Shown one piece after another: positions 34,213 to 46,561 of a stretch of DNA of 64,000 bases. The DNA lies in NCBI RefSeq assembly GCF_038025025.1, contig NW_027117349.1:682001-746000 (forward strand). Reading direction: 5' to 3'. The stretch's first letter is position 1. Every line of letters begins with the position of its first letter. The DNA is from Phyllosticta citribraziliensis. Taxonomy: Eukaryota. The notes under the pieces are model-generated. The model was not told where the DNA came from. It searched no databases and worked only from the letters and a program-made list of their open reading frames with translations. The translations under genes were made by a program, and so were the position numbers.

Positions 34213-37160
34213 TCATCGATTCTGATCGCGCGGGTTCTCCTGGACAGGAGTCGCACCTAGAAGCAAACAGTCAGTAAAAGACATGCCGCAAACGCGTGTC
34301 GAGTATGAAAGGACTCACCAAGAACCCATCCTATGCCGCTCGCCAGACCTCCCGTCACCGCATTCGCAACCATGTCGCGCTTCCGGACCCTCGAATCATC
34401 GCCTCCGATACTGCCCGATTCACTGCCCGCACCGGACAGTGTCCTCGTCAAATCGCGGCTATTCCTCGCGCTCCCTTCTGCGCCCCCCGTTGCGGCCGTA
34501 CCGCGTAGTGGAAATGCCGTCCGCGAAATCGCTGCTGCAGCACCTCTGGCAACGTCAAACAGGCCCATGGGCGACTCCTCCGACACGCCCCGTCCGAATT
34601 CCCTTCGCGGCTGGATTACAGCAGACTGACTTGGGAAAGCGCCAGGAGCGCGGTTGTCTGCGTGGTCGTTGAAAGCCTCTTCTTCAGCATTCTCTTGGGC
34701 CAGGAGCGCCGTCATTTCTTCTTCGCAACGGCGCCAGGCGGTCAGGACTTCTGGCAGAGAAGATTGAGGAGCGAGGAGCAGTGCTTGGCTGAGAAGCTCC
34801 ATGCGCTGTTCAAGACGGCGGAGCGCTGGTGACCCAGCGATTGTAACGTGGGATGAGGCGAGGCAGCTATTTGGGCTGCGGTGGCGGCCAGCATGGAAGG
34901 CGGCACGCCAGGCAATATCGTCTTCCGGTTTCTTGCTATGTGACGGTGATGTCGTTGCTCTTGAGCTACTGGCCTGGCTTGGAGTACTTTGGCGAGTCAA
35001 CTGATCTATGGATGGGTTGAGGCGATTTACGACAAACGAGTAGGCCGTCTCGAAATCGTCCTCTGCAAGAGCAGCTTCGATGGCCATGCCAATGACGCGC
35101 CGAGAAGCCAAGACTTTCTGCTCGTTCATGTCCGCAGCGGACTCTTCCAGAAGTGGTCCGTTGCGCTCCAGAGTTCTTGCCGAAACAAGATTTTGGCCAA
35201 TGTTGATCAAATCGTCAAGTTTGGTATAGCTCCTCGGATTCTGGTCCAGTACTTTAGCAATCAGTGAGATGGGATCATCGCTGACTCTTATATTGACTGG
35301 TCGGAAAGGGACACCGTGTTGCAGCGTCAGCGCATAGAAAGATAGGTCGTGCGTGGCTGCGAGGAGGGATTCCGCAGCAAGAAAAGCAGGAGAGTCGGCG
35401 AAATAAGGTTTGAACGCGATCAGGATGTCCAAAGCTTTCTTCATTCCACCTCGAGTGACATTTCCGTTGCTGGCATTGTCGTAAAATTCCATGACCTTTC
35501 CCAGGACACACCCTTCAATGTCGTCGTTTTGCAAGTGGTCACGTCGACCACTTTCTCCAAGATACAGCTCAGTTATGAGGGTGAATTGAGCGGCAGACAA
35601 GAGCGAATTCAGGATCTCCTTTTCAAAGGTATAGCGGCCAATCTTCCCCAGCACGCCAGGCCCGTGCATGGCGTACATTTCGGCTGCGTCCATGCCCCAA
35701 TTCCAGAGCCAAATCAGTTTGTTTCGAACTGACCGCCAACGTTCCTCGTCATTGCCCGGCCCGTTGACGAGGGCTCGTAATATTTTGCAGAGCAAAGTGA
35801 TCTGGTCATCCTCGTCGGCATGGAATCGAAACTTGGCAACCTTGCTCAGAGGCATCGGAAATCCTACATCGGCCAGCAGGTATGCCGAGTAGACAAAAAT
35901 CTGGAGCAGAGAGAAGGTCTCCACTTTAGGTTTCGTGAGAGGGTGGTCTTCGTTCATCAGTGTGTCGGGCTGAATAACGGAAGGAGAGGTGTCATGAAGA
36001 ACGCTAGAGTGGCTGTCGATTCTTGGTAGCATCTCGACACTTGTGGCCAAGTCGGGCGGGGGCTCAAATTTTAGAAGCTCTGCTAGTCGTACCAGGACGC
36101 TGTGTGCTGCTTCTACGGTGTCTCTGCTTTCACTCTCGGCAGAATATACAGATGCGAATGCAGCTTGCGCGTACCTGACATGCAGGCTCGTTTTTGAGCT
36201 GTCATCGAGGTACATGTCATCCGGGGCATCGTAACCTCCTGTATCGATATCCGCTGGCCCGTCCCATCTATCAATCGTGTTGCTGACAATGTCGAAATGG
36301 TTCGGAGCCGTGTGTACCAACCAGACGAATACGTACTCCCAGTCATAGAAATCCTTTGGGGCGTTAGGTGCTTGGTCTGGATTCTGCGGGCTCGACTCTT
36401 TCTTCAAAGCTTCAGCCACAGATTTTCGTCTTGTGCCGCCTAGCTTCCTACGTTTTCTCTGTTTCGATCCATATATCCAAGGTCCCACGATGCTCTTCAA
36501 ATCGCGCGAAACATTTCCGACATCCGAAGCATTCGCATCATATGTGGCTTGGCATTTGGACAATATCATATTGACACCGTGAGATCCTTGGAGCCTGCTG
36601 AAATCTTCGAGCGACGCGGTAGCTCCACTCCCGGGGTAGTACTCAAAATCCAGGCGGAGCAACGGCAGAACCGTAGATATGAACCACGTACGGAGATATT
36701 CAGAACGCTCCAGGAAGGGCTCTACAAGAGCGGGTATTATGTCCAACAAGCCAGCTTCAGAGTCTATTCGGTACGCCCGGTGGATTACGAAGAGGGTGAC
36801 GGGTTCAAGATCTTGGGTGTCGCTGCAGGACTCGTGTGCCAGCGGTAAGAGTTCTAGCTTGCGCATGCGCTTGATGGCTTGCGCGTTGGAAAGATTTGTC
36901 ACTGAGGTACAGTCGATTGTGACCTTGTCGCGTTGTTCGAGGTACAGCCGCGTTGCGACCTCCAGAGCGAATCCATTGTAGGTAGACGGCTCCGCGGTTT
37001 CGGGCAAAAAGGTAAGGAGGATTCGAAGGAGATATTCGGGGCTGAACGCATCGGTTCGGTCGAGGGATAAGGTTCTGAGCGCGTCTATGTTTGATCCGGC
37101 CGCGAGCTGCGTCGCAAGGAGGACGCAGTGGGCTGTAGATAGCTCCTTCAAGCTGTCCAT
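34213..37160 (-). CDS. SEC39: Dsl1-complex subunit Sec39
   Basis: 967-aa ORF plus a short last exon. HCVLLA N-terminus, FYDNASNGN.TRGGMKKA and C-terminal RVRKRDMVANAVTGGLASGIGWVLGA.P are typical of Pezizomycotina Sec39. Confidence 0.85.
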
Positions 37161-37568
37161 GGTGTAATGCGCCTAGGGAGAGGCTGAATGAGTGATTCGC
37201 ATTGCAGAGAAAAGGCCCAGTCTGATAACTGCGCAAACGGGTGAAGTTCGAGGGCGATAGGGGAACGTTAGGATGGAGAAGAATTGTCAGACCGTTGGGT
37301 TGAACGTCCACGTTGTCTTGGAGCTGGCAGGGCTGCCAAGGCAAGATCCGCTCGCCGCCCGCACGGATGCGGCTCAACCGCAGGAAGGCGGTCCTCTGCG
37401 CGGAGGTTTCCGCTCGACCACCGACCAGTAATCAAGACTTTTTTGATATGAGCAACGGAAAAAGCTAGTGGTATTCGAAGTCCAGAACGGTCTGGAAATC
37501 CATAATGTCTTAGACATTGACGATTGATACGAAAAGCGGACCTATCTCCGACTGCATTCCAAATTATA

Positions 37569-39424
37569 TTACAACTTCAACATGCCCTCGTCAACCTCCC
37601 AGCCATCCCAGGTGGGCGAATCGAAGCCGTTAGGTCTCGAACTCCGCAAGAAACCATTCCAAGTTCCGTCTACCTCTACCACGGGCCGAACAAACTTGAC
37701 AGGCGCATTGAAGCCTCTGCTAAAACTTTCAAAGAGGTGCGTTTCTGCAAAGAGTTCAGGGTGCGTCAATCGCATCGTCTTCAATGCCCGCTTGCCCACT
37801 TCATCCACCGAGTCGTAGTGTCGCAAGCCGAAAAATTCCGGGTCATGAACGCGGCGAAGCTCTTCCAAAAGCGAGTCCGCGTAGAGACCTTGTTGCAAGA
37901 GGAATATGTCGTACTGGCACAAGGACGTAGTTCCATGATAAGAGCCGCCGTGCTTTGCGCGCTTGAACAGGCCGACAAGCGCAGCAATTGTGCCCATACA
38001 ACCGGTGCCGTAATCACTCATCGGGAACGGAGGAACAACAGGCTCATTGAGCCCCATGAACTGACCCTGGGCCCAAGCCACGCCGCTGACACAGTCGGCA
38101 ATCTGTTGCCAACCAGGCCGATGAGCCCATTCGCCAATGTGGCCAAAGCAGTCTTCTGCAACGTAGACAAAACCCCGACCACGACGTTGACCCAACTCGA
38201 TGAGCTGCTTGGGGCCGTAGCCCAGGCGCTCCAAGGAGCCAGGCCGGTACCCGTCCAGGACCACGTCGGCGGACTGCAAAAGTTGTTCGAACGCCTTGCG
38301 GTCTTCGGGGGTTTTGAGGTTGAGGTCGGCCGTGTGCTTGCCTAGATTGCCATCGACCTGGAAAAAGGGGACGTCGCTGAGGTTGGGCGAGGTGACTTTG
38401 ATGACGTCTGCACCGTACTCGGCAAGGCCTCTCCCCATGGCCGGTCCGGCAATGATGCGGCACATTTCGAGGACTCGGATGCCTGCCAATATTTGGGGCT
38501 TGGGTGCGGGTGTCGACCTTGCGGGGAAGGGCGCAGGAGGCGTGGCTGACTCGGTCTGCTCAACCCGCCAAGGGGGCTCCTGCAGCAAAGTCTTGCCCTG
38601 CATGTCCGTCAGCGACGCTGACAACGTCCTCAGCTATGGTTGCCGGACTTACGTGACTTGTCTCCTGGAACTGAGACCACTTCAAAGCCGTCACACCAGC
38701 CTGCTTCCTGGAAGCATTCATCCGCTCCAACTCCTCGGCTGTAAACTGCTTGACGTGACTACCAATGAGTTTGATACACTCGTGGTAGTCAGTCATGTCG
38801 GACCTTTGTCCTTCCAGTCCAATCATGTTCAGAGTAGTCGTCGCCTCGAGAGATCCATGTATGTGAAAGTACTCTCCTGAGTTCTTGGTCTCGTACAAAT
38901 TGGCAGACAGTCGACGATACAGGTTGGATTGTGCAGCCAGGAGGTCAGTATCTACAGAGAGTCAGTCTTTGCGCGCGAATCTGACGAATTCCCATACCTT
39001 TGAGGAGCGTCTTTACTTTGGGGTGGGCTTTGCCCATACCCCCTACGGAAGAAAGATACGCAGAGCATAGAAAAGCTGATGCTCTGTCCAAATCGACCGT
39101 CACCTTTCTGTCCGTCTCTCCCAAAGTCAAGTTTGCAATGGCTGCAGCCAGGCCCCCTTCGACTGCCTTGAGAGCAGATGTTGCCTCCGTCTCCTTGAAG
39201 GGGCAGGGGAAATACGGGCTTCCAGTGTTACTGGTAACAAAGTCGGCGTTTGCGACTATTGCTTTGGCTTCTTCGGGTATCTGGCTGTCGGCGCGACGTA
39301 GCAAATCTTGGAGTGTTCGACGAGTCTCGGCCTGCATGGAATATTCGCCATGGAAAGTTCCGTTCTTCTGAGGAGCAACCGCGGTGCCATTCGACCCTGT
39401 ATGTATCTCCATGTTTTGGACCAT
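37569..39424 (-). CDS. CoA-transferase family III (CaiB/BaiF) protein
   Basis: LAGIRVLEMCRIIAGP, GADVIKV, ADVVLDGYRPGSLERLGYG and RPGWQQIAD. Introns near 38996-38940 and 38652-38580. Confidence 0.9.
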
Positions 39425-40000
39425 GCTGTCTCGATTACGCTTGCGGTGTACAGTGGTAAGAGTGTCGAGCTGCGGAGGACGGAAAGGAAGGCTGTCTCTT
39501 GACTAGCACAGGACTCGGTATAGCGGGTATGAGCCGGTCAGCGGACGCGGTAAGACAGAGCAGGAAAGCCATCGTTATTGCCGGTGCTTTGGCAGCAAAG
39601 TGCCCGGCGGATGAGGGCTCTTGGTGGGAGGGACTTGAGGGCCGCCCGCCGGGAGCATTCAGACGATGGCCCGTGCGCTGCAGTGCGGGAGCCGACGTTC
39701 CGAACGGGCGGACGGGATGGGCCAAGGCGATATCCACTGCCAGACGACTTGCTCTGACAACAAACCTACCACTTTTGTCTTTCTCCAGCGCGTTTCCGGG
39801 TAGAGCTTGTCGACGTGGACCCGCAGACGTGGTGACGACGGCATTCGACTCCAAGTGACTGGGCTTCTCAGCTTATCGTCTCCCTTGCCGCGTCCCTCAG
39901 CCGCGGCCCGAGACAACCGCCGCCTCCTCACTTTGCAGCCACCCGCTGCTGCTTGATCGGAAGACGATCAACCGTCAGCCTGTCTCTCCCCGTACTCGCT

Positions 40001-43000
40001 ATGACCAGGCCAAAGGTACCACCAGAGCAGCGTCAGCGTACGGCGCAAGCCTGCGAAGTCTGCAAGAGGCGGAAGCAAAAGGAAAGTCGATCATTTTGCT
40101 TTTAAGACGACGTCATTTCATTTCTGGTCTCTTTTCACCCCGCGTACTTCACCACACGTCTCTCAATTCCCTCTTTGTAAACGTTCTTGAGAATCGGAGA
40201 TACTTTTGCTCGTAACAGACCTTTATTGGTGCTCCCTAGGAATGTCACATTATCCTAGCATTTCAGACGCCTATCCAGTGCGAGTTCCAAGTTCCACCTG
40301 ACCGTTGCTCTGTGATGCTGGGTCACGCGTAGAAGCCTCCGCGGCCTATACTCCATGCGTTACCAGATCTTCCCTTCCCTTTGTCATAGGTTCGACGTTT
40401 CTTACCAGTAAGGTACATGTGACTAACGTTACGCGCAGTGTAACGGATTATTGCCCTGTAATACGTGCGAAAGAGTATGACCTAGCCATCTAAGAGGGCG
40501 CTTCTTGCTCATGCATTTTCTCCAGCGTAAATTTACTTGCTCGTACAGCGATCGGGACGATGAATCTCCAACCGCAGCCCCAGCAGCCAAGAAGGTGCAG
40601 ACAGAACCTGGCTTAGCAAAGGGGTCAAGACGTACAAATGGCGCCTCCGAAAGCCTTCGAGCTGTCCCAGATTCTCAAAATTCTCCAAACCTTCAGACGG
40701 TGCTTTCTGAGCCATCACCGGACCATCTTCGACGAGATTCGATAGCCCAAGCCAACCAAATTCAAACCCCTTATCCTACTTCGAGCTCCTTGGACCCCAG
40801 ACTTGAGTCTGATGTCACAGCATCAGAGGCAGCAGCAAAGTCACTTCAAAGCTTCTCCGCAAGAATAGACGACTTTCCAAGGCTGCGAGGCGCATCCAGT
40901 ACCGATAGTCACGAAGAGGAAGCCGTGATTTACTCCCAGGCAAGAATGCTCCAGGATCCAACTGGGAGGCTTCTCTATATCGGAGACTCGGCAACACTGT
41001 CGTTTCTCCAGTTACTTCGCATGATGGTAGAGAATGTTGTGGGGCCGTCGGCTTTTACGGTTGACCCTCGTCGACATAAAATTACCGAGACGCCCTTTTC
41101 CCTGCCGCCAAATTCCAGGCACACGCATTTGCTTCCAGACAAGAGAGCTGCCTACATTCTGGTTGACTCGTACTTTGTCAACACGCATGGTTTCCTACAG
41201 ATTTTCGATCGGTCAGCCTTTACAGCATCTCTCGAGCGCTGCTACTCGGACCCTTTGATCACTGAGCCGTCATGGTTGTGTCTCCTGAACATGGTTTTTG
41301 CCATTGGTCTCATGTTGGCTACGCCGCGGAGGGGAACGGCGGATTTTGCCATTATTGAGAAACTGCACAAAGAGCACGCTGATCTGAGTGAGGTGTTTTA
41401 CTTGAATGCCAAAAGTCTCAACGATCCACTTTACGGCTTTGAAGATGCAGACTTTTGGTCGGTCCAGGCATTGGCGCTCATGTCGTTCTACATGCTCGTC
41501 AAGTCGAGACGCAACACTGCATTTGCTCTGCTTGGTAAGTCATTTGACGCCATGGAGTGCTCCACGTCTGCTGACATTCGACAAGGCATGGCAGTCCGAT
41601 CCGCATACGCTTTAGGTCTTCATCGAGAAGAGACAATGGTCATCTTTGGCTATGAGGAGCAGACCGCACGACGGAATCTGTGGCGATCACTCTTCGTTCT
41701 AGACCGCTTTCTCTCTCTCGGACTCGGTCGTCCAACAGCGATTTCAGAGGACGACTGCAGTGGGGATACGCTCAAACCCTCGCAGCCGGATGATCCCGAC
41801 GCTTTCGGTTTTGATTCTGCTCTGGGCACATCAATCAGCCACGGAAAAACAAACGGCACAGCCCTCGAGGCGGCCGTTCGAAGCTGCTCCGTCATTGGAC
41901 GCATCCTGAAAGAAGTATACCAGAAGCGCAGAATTAGCACGCGGCTCGCACAGGAAATCGCCGACGTCTGCAAGCAGTGGCCTAGAGCCCTGTCGCCGCA
42001 ACTGCACTGGAGGCAAGCCGCGACGGCGACTCCCTTGCAAGGAATAGCCATCCTCCATGTCAACCTCCTCTACTGCCATTCGATCATCGTCCTCACGCGG
42101 CCCTTCTTTCTTTACATCATGAACTCCGAAGTCCAACGCAACGGCACCCTTTCAACGCAACCGCTGCCCTCGCGGCAGCGCTACACGCGGATGGAAAAGT
42201 TCAGCGAAGCCTGCGTCATTGCGTCGACGCACACGATCATTCTCGTGCAAAACGCCTACGAGGCGGGCTACCTGCCGCGCCGCAACCCGGCCGTCATCTA
42301 CTTCTTGCTGCCTGCCGCGCTCATCCTGCTCGCCAATGAGTTTGCGTCGCTCTACACCAACGGCGCCACGGACCAGTGCGTCGCCAACGCCATCAACGTC
42401 TTGTCGTACTGCGCCGAGGGCGATGTGCAGGCGGCCCGCCACATTGAAATCATCAAGGCTTTCCGCGATGTGATTGTGAGGCAGCGCGATAGGCGGGCGC
42501 AGCAGCTCGGGGGGGCCTCAACGGCCGCGGCCGCATCTGCGGCGGTCGACCAAAGCGCGGCGTACAATGCCATAGGAACGACAGCCACGCCGGCCGTGGG
42601 AGCCGATGCGCCGTCGTCGTATCACCAGCCCACAGCATCAGCATCCTCAGCAACAGCAGACAAGCAAACGGCAAAGCCCAACAGCCACCCTACCCCAACT
42701 ACAACAGCAACAACAGCATCATCAGCAGCTGCTCCTCCCGCTGCCGAACCCGCCGCCGACACCGCCACATCTGCCGCACCCGAACCGGCGGCAGCAGCAG
42801 CGCTGCCCCTCTCCTCAGCAGCAGCGCTCCCGCCCAACCTCCTCGACCTCTCGGCCTTCGACACCGTCGGGCTAGGCCTCGCGGGCAGCGGCGGGTCGGG
42901 CTCGCTGCTCAGCCCCGAAGACTCGGGCAGCCAGGGCGACGAGCACTTTGACTTTGACGCGCTGTGGGCGTGGCCGGGGACGGGTGGCAATGGGAATGGA

Positions 43001-43147
43001 GGGCGAACAGGAGGGGTAGGGGTAGCGTCAAGTGGTGAGATGGGGGGCTTAGGGGGTGAGATGAGCGGAATGGGCGTGGCGGGCGAGGACTTGGTGAATT
43101 TTGTGAGCGAGAGCGCTGTGCCGCTTTTTGGCGTCTATGATGAATGA
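40001..43147 (+). CDS. Zn(II)2Cys6 transcription factor with fungal-specific TF domain
   Basis: Exon 1 40001-40081 (…ACEVCKRRKQK), exon 2 40439-40474 (CNGLLPCNTCER), exon 3 from 40526 (RKFTCSY). Middle-homology region AVRSAYALGLHR..RRNLWRSLFVLDRFLSLGLGRP. The first intron needs a GA donor. Confidence 0.88.
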
Positions 43148-43637
43148 TGGCATGTAATGTGGGAGCGAGCCAGCTTCAAAACTGCAGCCGCACGACACGC
43201 AAACACGATCAAGTATTGGATAGTCAATGAAAGTCATGGAAGTGAATTGAATCCGTCCCGTCCATTTGAAAGTCGGAGATCGACTCCGACCAGCAGACCG
43301 AGCGGCACCCTCCGTTGGGAGTAAAACTCCGTCGCTAATGCTGCTGTCTCCGTGCTCTCGTTCACCCTCTCTCTGTGTCTATCTCCCCATCTTCTCTGCC
43401 CTACGCCCTGCCCAACCCTCAATGTCGCCGTAGACGGGTTGATTGATAGGTTGGTGGAGCGTGACAGACGCCTTTCTATTCTCTTTTTTCTGGGTTTCGT
43501 AGTCTCTTCCTGTCGTAGTGGGGTATGGGTATAACGTTCGGTAGTGCTCGCGGTGTCGATATATGTGCCGTGGGGTTCGGAATGTTGATCGTGTAAGGGG
43601 AAGAAAGGGAAAGACAAGCCAAGAAAAGGTGCATTCC

Positions 43638-43703
43638 ACGCTGCCTCGCAGGGGGAGCGTTCGTTCGTTTACGCTGCCTCGCAAGGGGAGCGTCCGTTCG
43701 TTT
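43638..43703 (-). repeat. 33-bp tandem duplicate related to the minisatellite family
   Basis: ACGCTGCCTCGCARGGGGAGCGTYCGTTCGTTT at 43638 and 43671. The reverse complement contains GAACGAACGCTCCC. Confidence 0.7.
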
Positions 43704-43881
43704 GTTCGTTTGCTGGTCCAGACGCCAAAACTCCGCGCTCGTCCGCTCGCTCGCTCGTTCGTTCATATTCGAAAAAGGCCAATGTCTTTCCTTCACAACC
43801 AAGCAACATCACCAACGCCCCGCACTGGCATATCCAATCAGTCGGTCTGTTGCGTTTTTACCTTGCCAACACGTGCAACAC

Positions 43882-45657
43882 CTACGACAGATCGCTACAA
43901 AGCGTCAACACCTTGACAGCGTCGGCAGGGCTCATCTGCGTTTGGGCGAGCGCGCGGACCTGCGAGCCCTTCTTCAGCTTCTGGAGGCCCAGAACGACCT
44001 TCCAGCTCTCCTCCTGGCTCAAGACGAAGACGTAGCGGCGGCCCTCGCCGTCGCGGATGCTGGCGCGCAGCATGTACAGGCCCAGATCGCGCAGCTCGGC
44101 CGTCTCGACGAGCTTGAGCGTCCACGCCTTGACGTCCCAGTCGCGCTCGGCGACGTGGCGCTTGTCGTCGTCGATGAACAGGCCCTCGGTCGTCATCTTG
44201 AGCACCAGGCCGTCCGACACGTTGCCCGTGTTGGCCAGCAGCTGGGCCGACGGCTTGGGGAAGAGCGACGTGAACATGTAGACGCCCTTGATGACGATCT
44301 TGGACGGGTCGGTGGTCGAGTAGGGCCCGCCGTACGAGGAGCGCGGCGGAGAGGTGCGTGCCGTCGTGGCAGAGGGCGCATACGATGACGAGGCGACGGA
44401 TTCGGAGTAGGTCGACGTCGAGGTGCGTGCGGTAGGTCGGCCGCGCGTGGGCGGGTCGTCGTAGGGGCGGAAACCCGAAAAGTCGGTTTCGGTCTTTGCA
44501 AAGGGACGCTGGTAAGGGCGCTTCGGGGTCGTCGGGCTGGCGGGAGCGCTGTTCATCGTCGAGCCTGCTTTGTTACCTGGTATACTGTTTTCCTGGCCCT
44601 TTTTCGCCTCGCGTTCCTTGCGCTCGCGGTCCGCTCGTTCCTTTGCTGCCTTGATGCGGTCTGCCCTCTGTTTATCAGCCTTTTCCTTTGCCGCTTTTGC
44701 ATCTGCTTCTGCTTTGGCTTTTGCAGCAGCAGCATCTGCCTCTTCTTTGGCCTTGGCCGCGTCGGCTTTTCTCTTTGCCTCTGCGGCTTCGGCCTCTGCC
44801 TGAGCTTTTGCTGCTGCTGCGTCCGCCTCTGCTTTGGCCTTGAATTCAGATTCAACACGCGCGCGCATCTCACGTTCAAGGTTGTCGCGGTCTTCTCTTT
44901 CCCGCTTTTGCTTCTCCATCCTGTCCCTTTCCAACCTTTCCTTGGCCAGACGCTCTCTGGCATCTCTTTCCCGGGCCTCGCGTTCCCGTGTCCGCATCTG
45001 TTCCCACTTTTGCTTCTCAGCCTCGGCCCTGGCGGCGCGGTCCGCATCTTCTTTCTTTTTGGCGTCGGCGTCGGCACCCTTGCGGGCTTCTTCTCTTTGG
45101 CGCGTCTCCTCCTTGGCCTTGTCCCAGCCGGCCGACGCTTTGCGCTGCTGACCGGCGCCAGCGCTTCCCCACGACGATCGCGGGGTGGACCCTGTGCTGG
45201 ACCCTCCCGGCGAAGATCCAAAGCCTCCGGGGAACCCATTGGCTCGCGATTTCCCCCAGGAACCAGCAGATCCGTTGCCAGTCGCGCCAGCGCCGCCCGC
45301 GCCGGGCTTTGCGTCTCCTCCCACCGAAGACTGGCCCAATACCCAGCAGCCCGCTCCTACCAGGGCAATGACGATCAAGACGCTTGCGCCGCCGCCAGAG
45401 AAGACCGAGTTGAACCACGCCTTGACACTGGGCTCGATTATGTTCCAGACCAAAACGGCGACCAGGGTCGCGAAGACGCCGGCGAAGAAGGAGTTGCGGT
45501 CGCAGGCAAGAGAAGGCAAGTAGATGAAGCCAGAGCCGGCGCTGTGAGGAGGGACAATGAAGATGTCATAGTTGCCAGGAGGTAGACCGGAGGAGGGACC
45601 GGAGGACTTTGGGTTGCTACCATGGGGTGGTGGAGGCGGCGGCGGGTTGCCGTCCAT
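43882..45657 (-). CDS. Conserved Pezizomycotina hypothetical protein (2 TM helices, coiled coil, C-terminal globular domain)
   Basis: 591-aa ORF: PPPPPHG..GLPPGNYDIFIVPPHSAGSGFIYLPSL, an E/K/A/R-rich coil, and C-terminal DGLVLKMTTEGLFIDDD...WDVKAWTLKLVE. Confidence 0.8.
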   Translation of the reverse strand: MDGNPPPPPPPHGSNPKSSGPSSGLPPGNYDIFIVPPHSAGSGFIYLPSLACDRNSFFAGVFATLVAVLVWNIIEPSVKAWFNSVFSGGGASVLIVIALVGAGCWVLGQSSVGGDAKPGAGGAGATGNGSAGSWGKSRANGFPGGFGSSPGGSSTGSTPRSSWGSAGAGQQRKASAGWDKAKEETRQREEARKGADADAKKKEDADRAARAEAEKQKWEQMRTREREARERDARERLAKERLERDRMEKQKREREDRDNLEREMRARVESEFKAKAEADAAAAKAQAEAEAAEAKRKADAAKAKEEADAAAAKAKAEADAKAAKEKADKQRADRIKAAKERADRERKEREAKKGQENSIPGNKAGSTMNSAPASPTTPKRPYQRPFAKTETDFSGFRPYDDPPTRGRPTARTSTSTYSESVASSSYAPSATTARTSPPRSSYGGPYSTTDPSKIVIKGVYMFTSLFPKPSAQLLANTGNVSDGLVLKMTTEGLFIDDDKRHVAERDWDVKAWTLKLVETAELRDLGLYMLRASIRDGEGRRYVFVLSQEESWKVVLGLQKLKKGSQVRALAQTQMSPADAVKVLTLCSDLS

Positions 45658-46561
45658 GGTGGGTTGTCGAGAGAATTGTCGAAATGGAGTCGAGGCAGCA
45701 AGCCAGACTGAAGGAATACCTTAGTCTGGTCGCGCCGGATCGGGGAAGGGTGGGGGCGAGGCTAGGATTGTTGACGTGGAGGGCGGAGTTGCATGTGGGC
45801 GGCGGTGGGCAGCGATTGTTTACCGTCCGTGGGCTCTGGTGGCTGGGATTGAGTTTGGTTGGCGTGTGGTTGACGGGACGGTGAGACCCAGCGGCGACGA
45901 GAGTGCCAGCGGAGCAAGCTTGGCGGCGGAAATTAAAAGAGAGGCGAGTGAATTGGCGACGACAATGAGTTCGCAGAGAACCAAGGCGCTGCTTTTTCCA
46001 TGCAGGGTGGTGGTTTTGGCCGTGGTTGTGCAGGGATGCAGCAGTTGACAGGCGAAGACGATGGCGGGTATTTATCTGCTTGTGCGCAGCATGCTGGCGG
46101 CTCAGGCTCCGGGCATGAGGACGACGACATTGGTTGCATCTCGTCCAGGTCCAAGTCGTCGCATCCAGTGGCCGTTGGCGACGTGCATCGAACCGTTAGC
46201 CGCTGGAGTGGGGCCACGGCGCCCATCAGCCGTTGAGCTCCACTCGCTTGACCCCGAGTCCGCAACCCCAAACAAAACATCAAGTTACATACTGCGGTGG
46301 CGCCTCTTTGTCGCGCTCTCACGTGGAGCTCCATTGTCCTTGCCGTGGTTTGTGTTCGTGGTCGGCCAAGAGGGCACCATGTCCTATCAGTGACTAGCTC
46401 CTGTCTCCAACTTGCGGCTGAACCATCAAACCCTGGCGCTGGCTTGCTTGAGCGGCTCTCGGGCTCGGGCCACGCGTTCCCCCAGATGCACCTCCCGTGC
46501 CCTCCCCTCCGGAACCTCTGCCATGATGTGCTGCTGCTCACCGCCTTAGCCCACCACACTA

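Noticed and set aside
40082..40438. Stwintron (nested intron) explanation for the odd donor, using CAG|TAAGG at about 40408
   Set aside because: It would still need a GA-starting internal intron, leaves an external intron of only ~31 nt, and shifts the frame of the zinc cluster.
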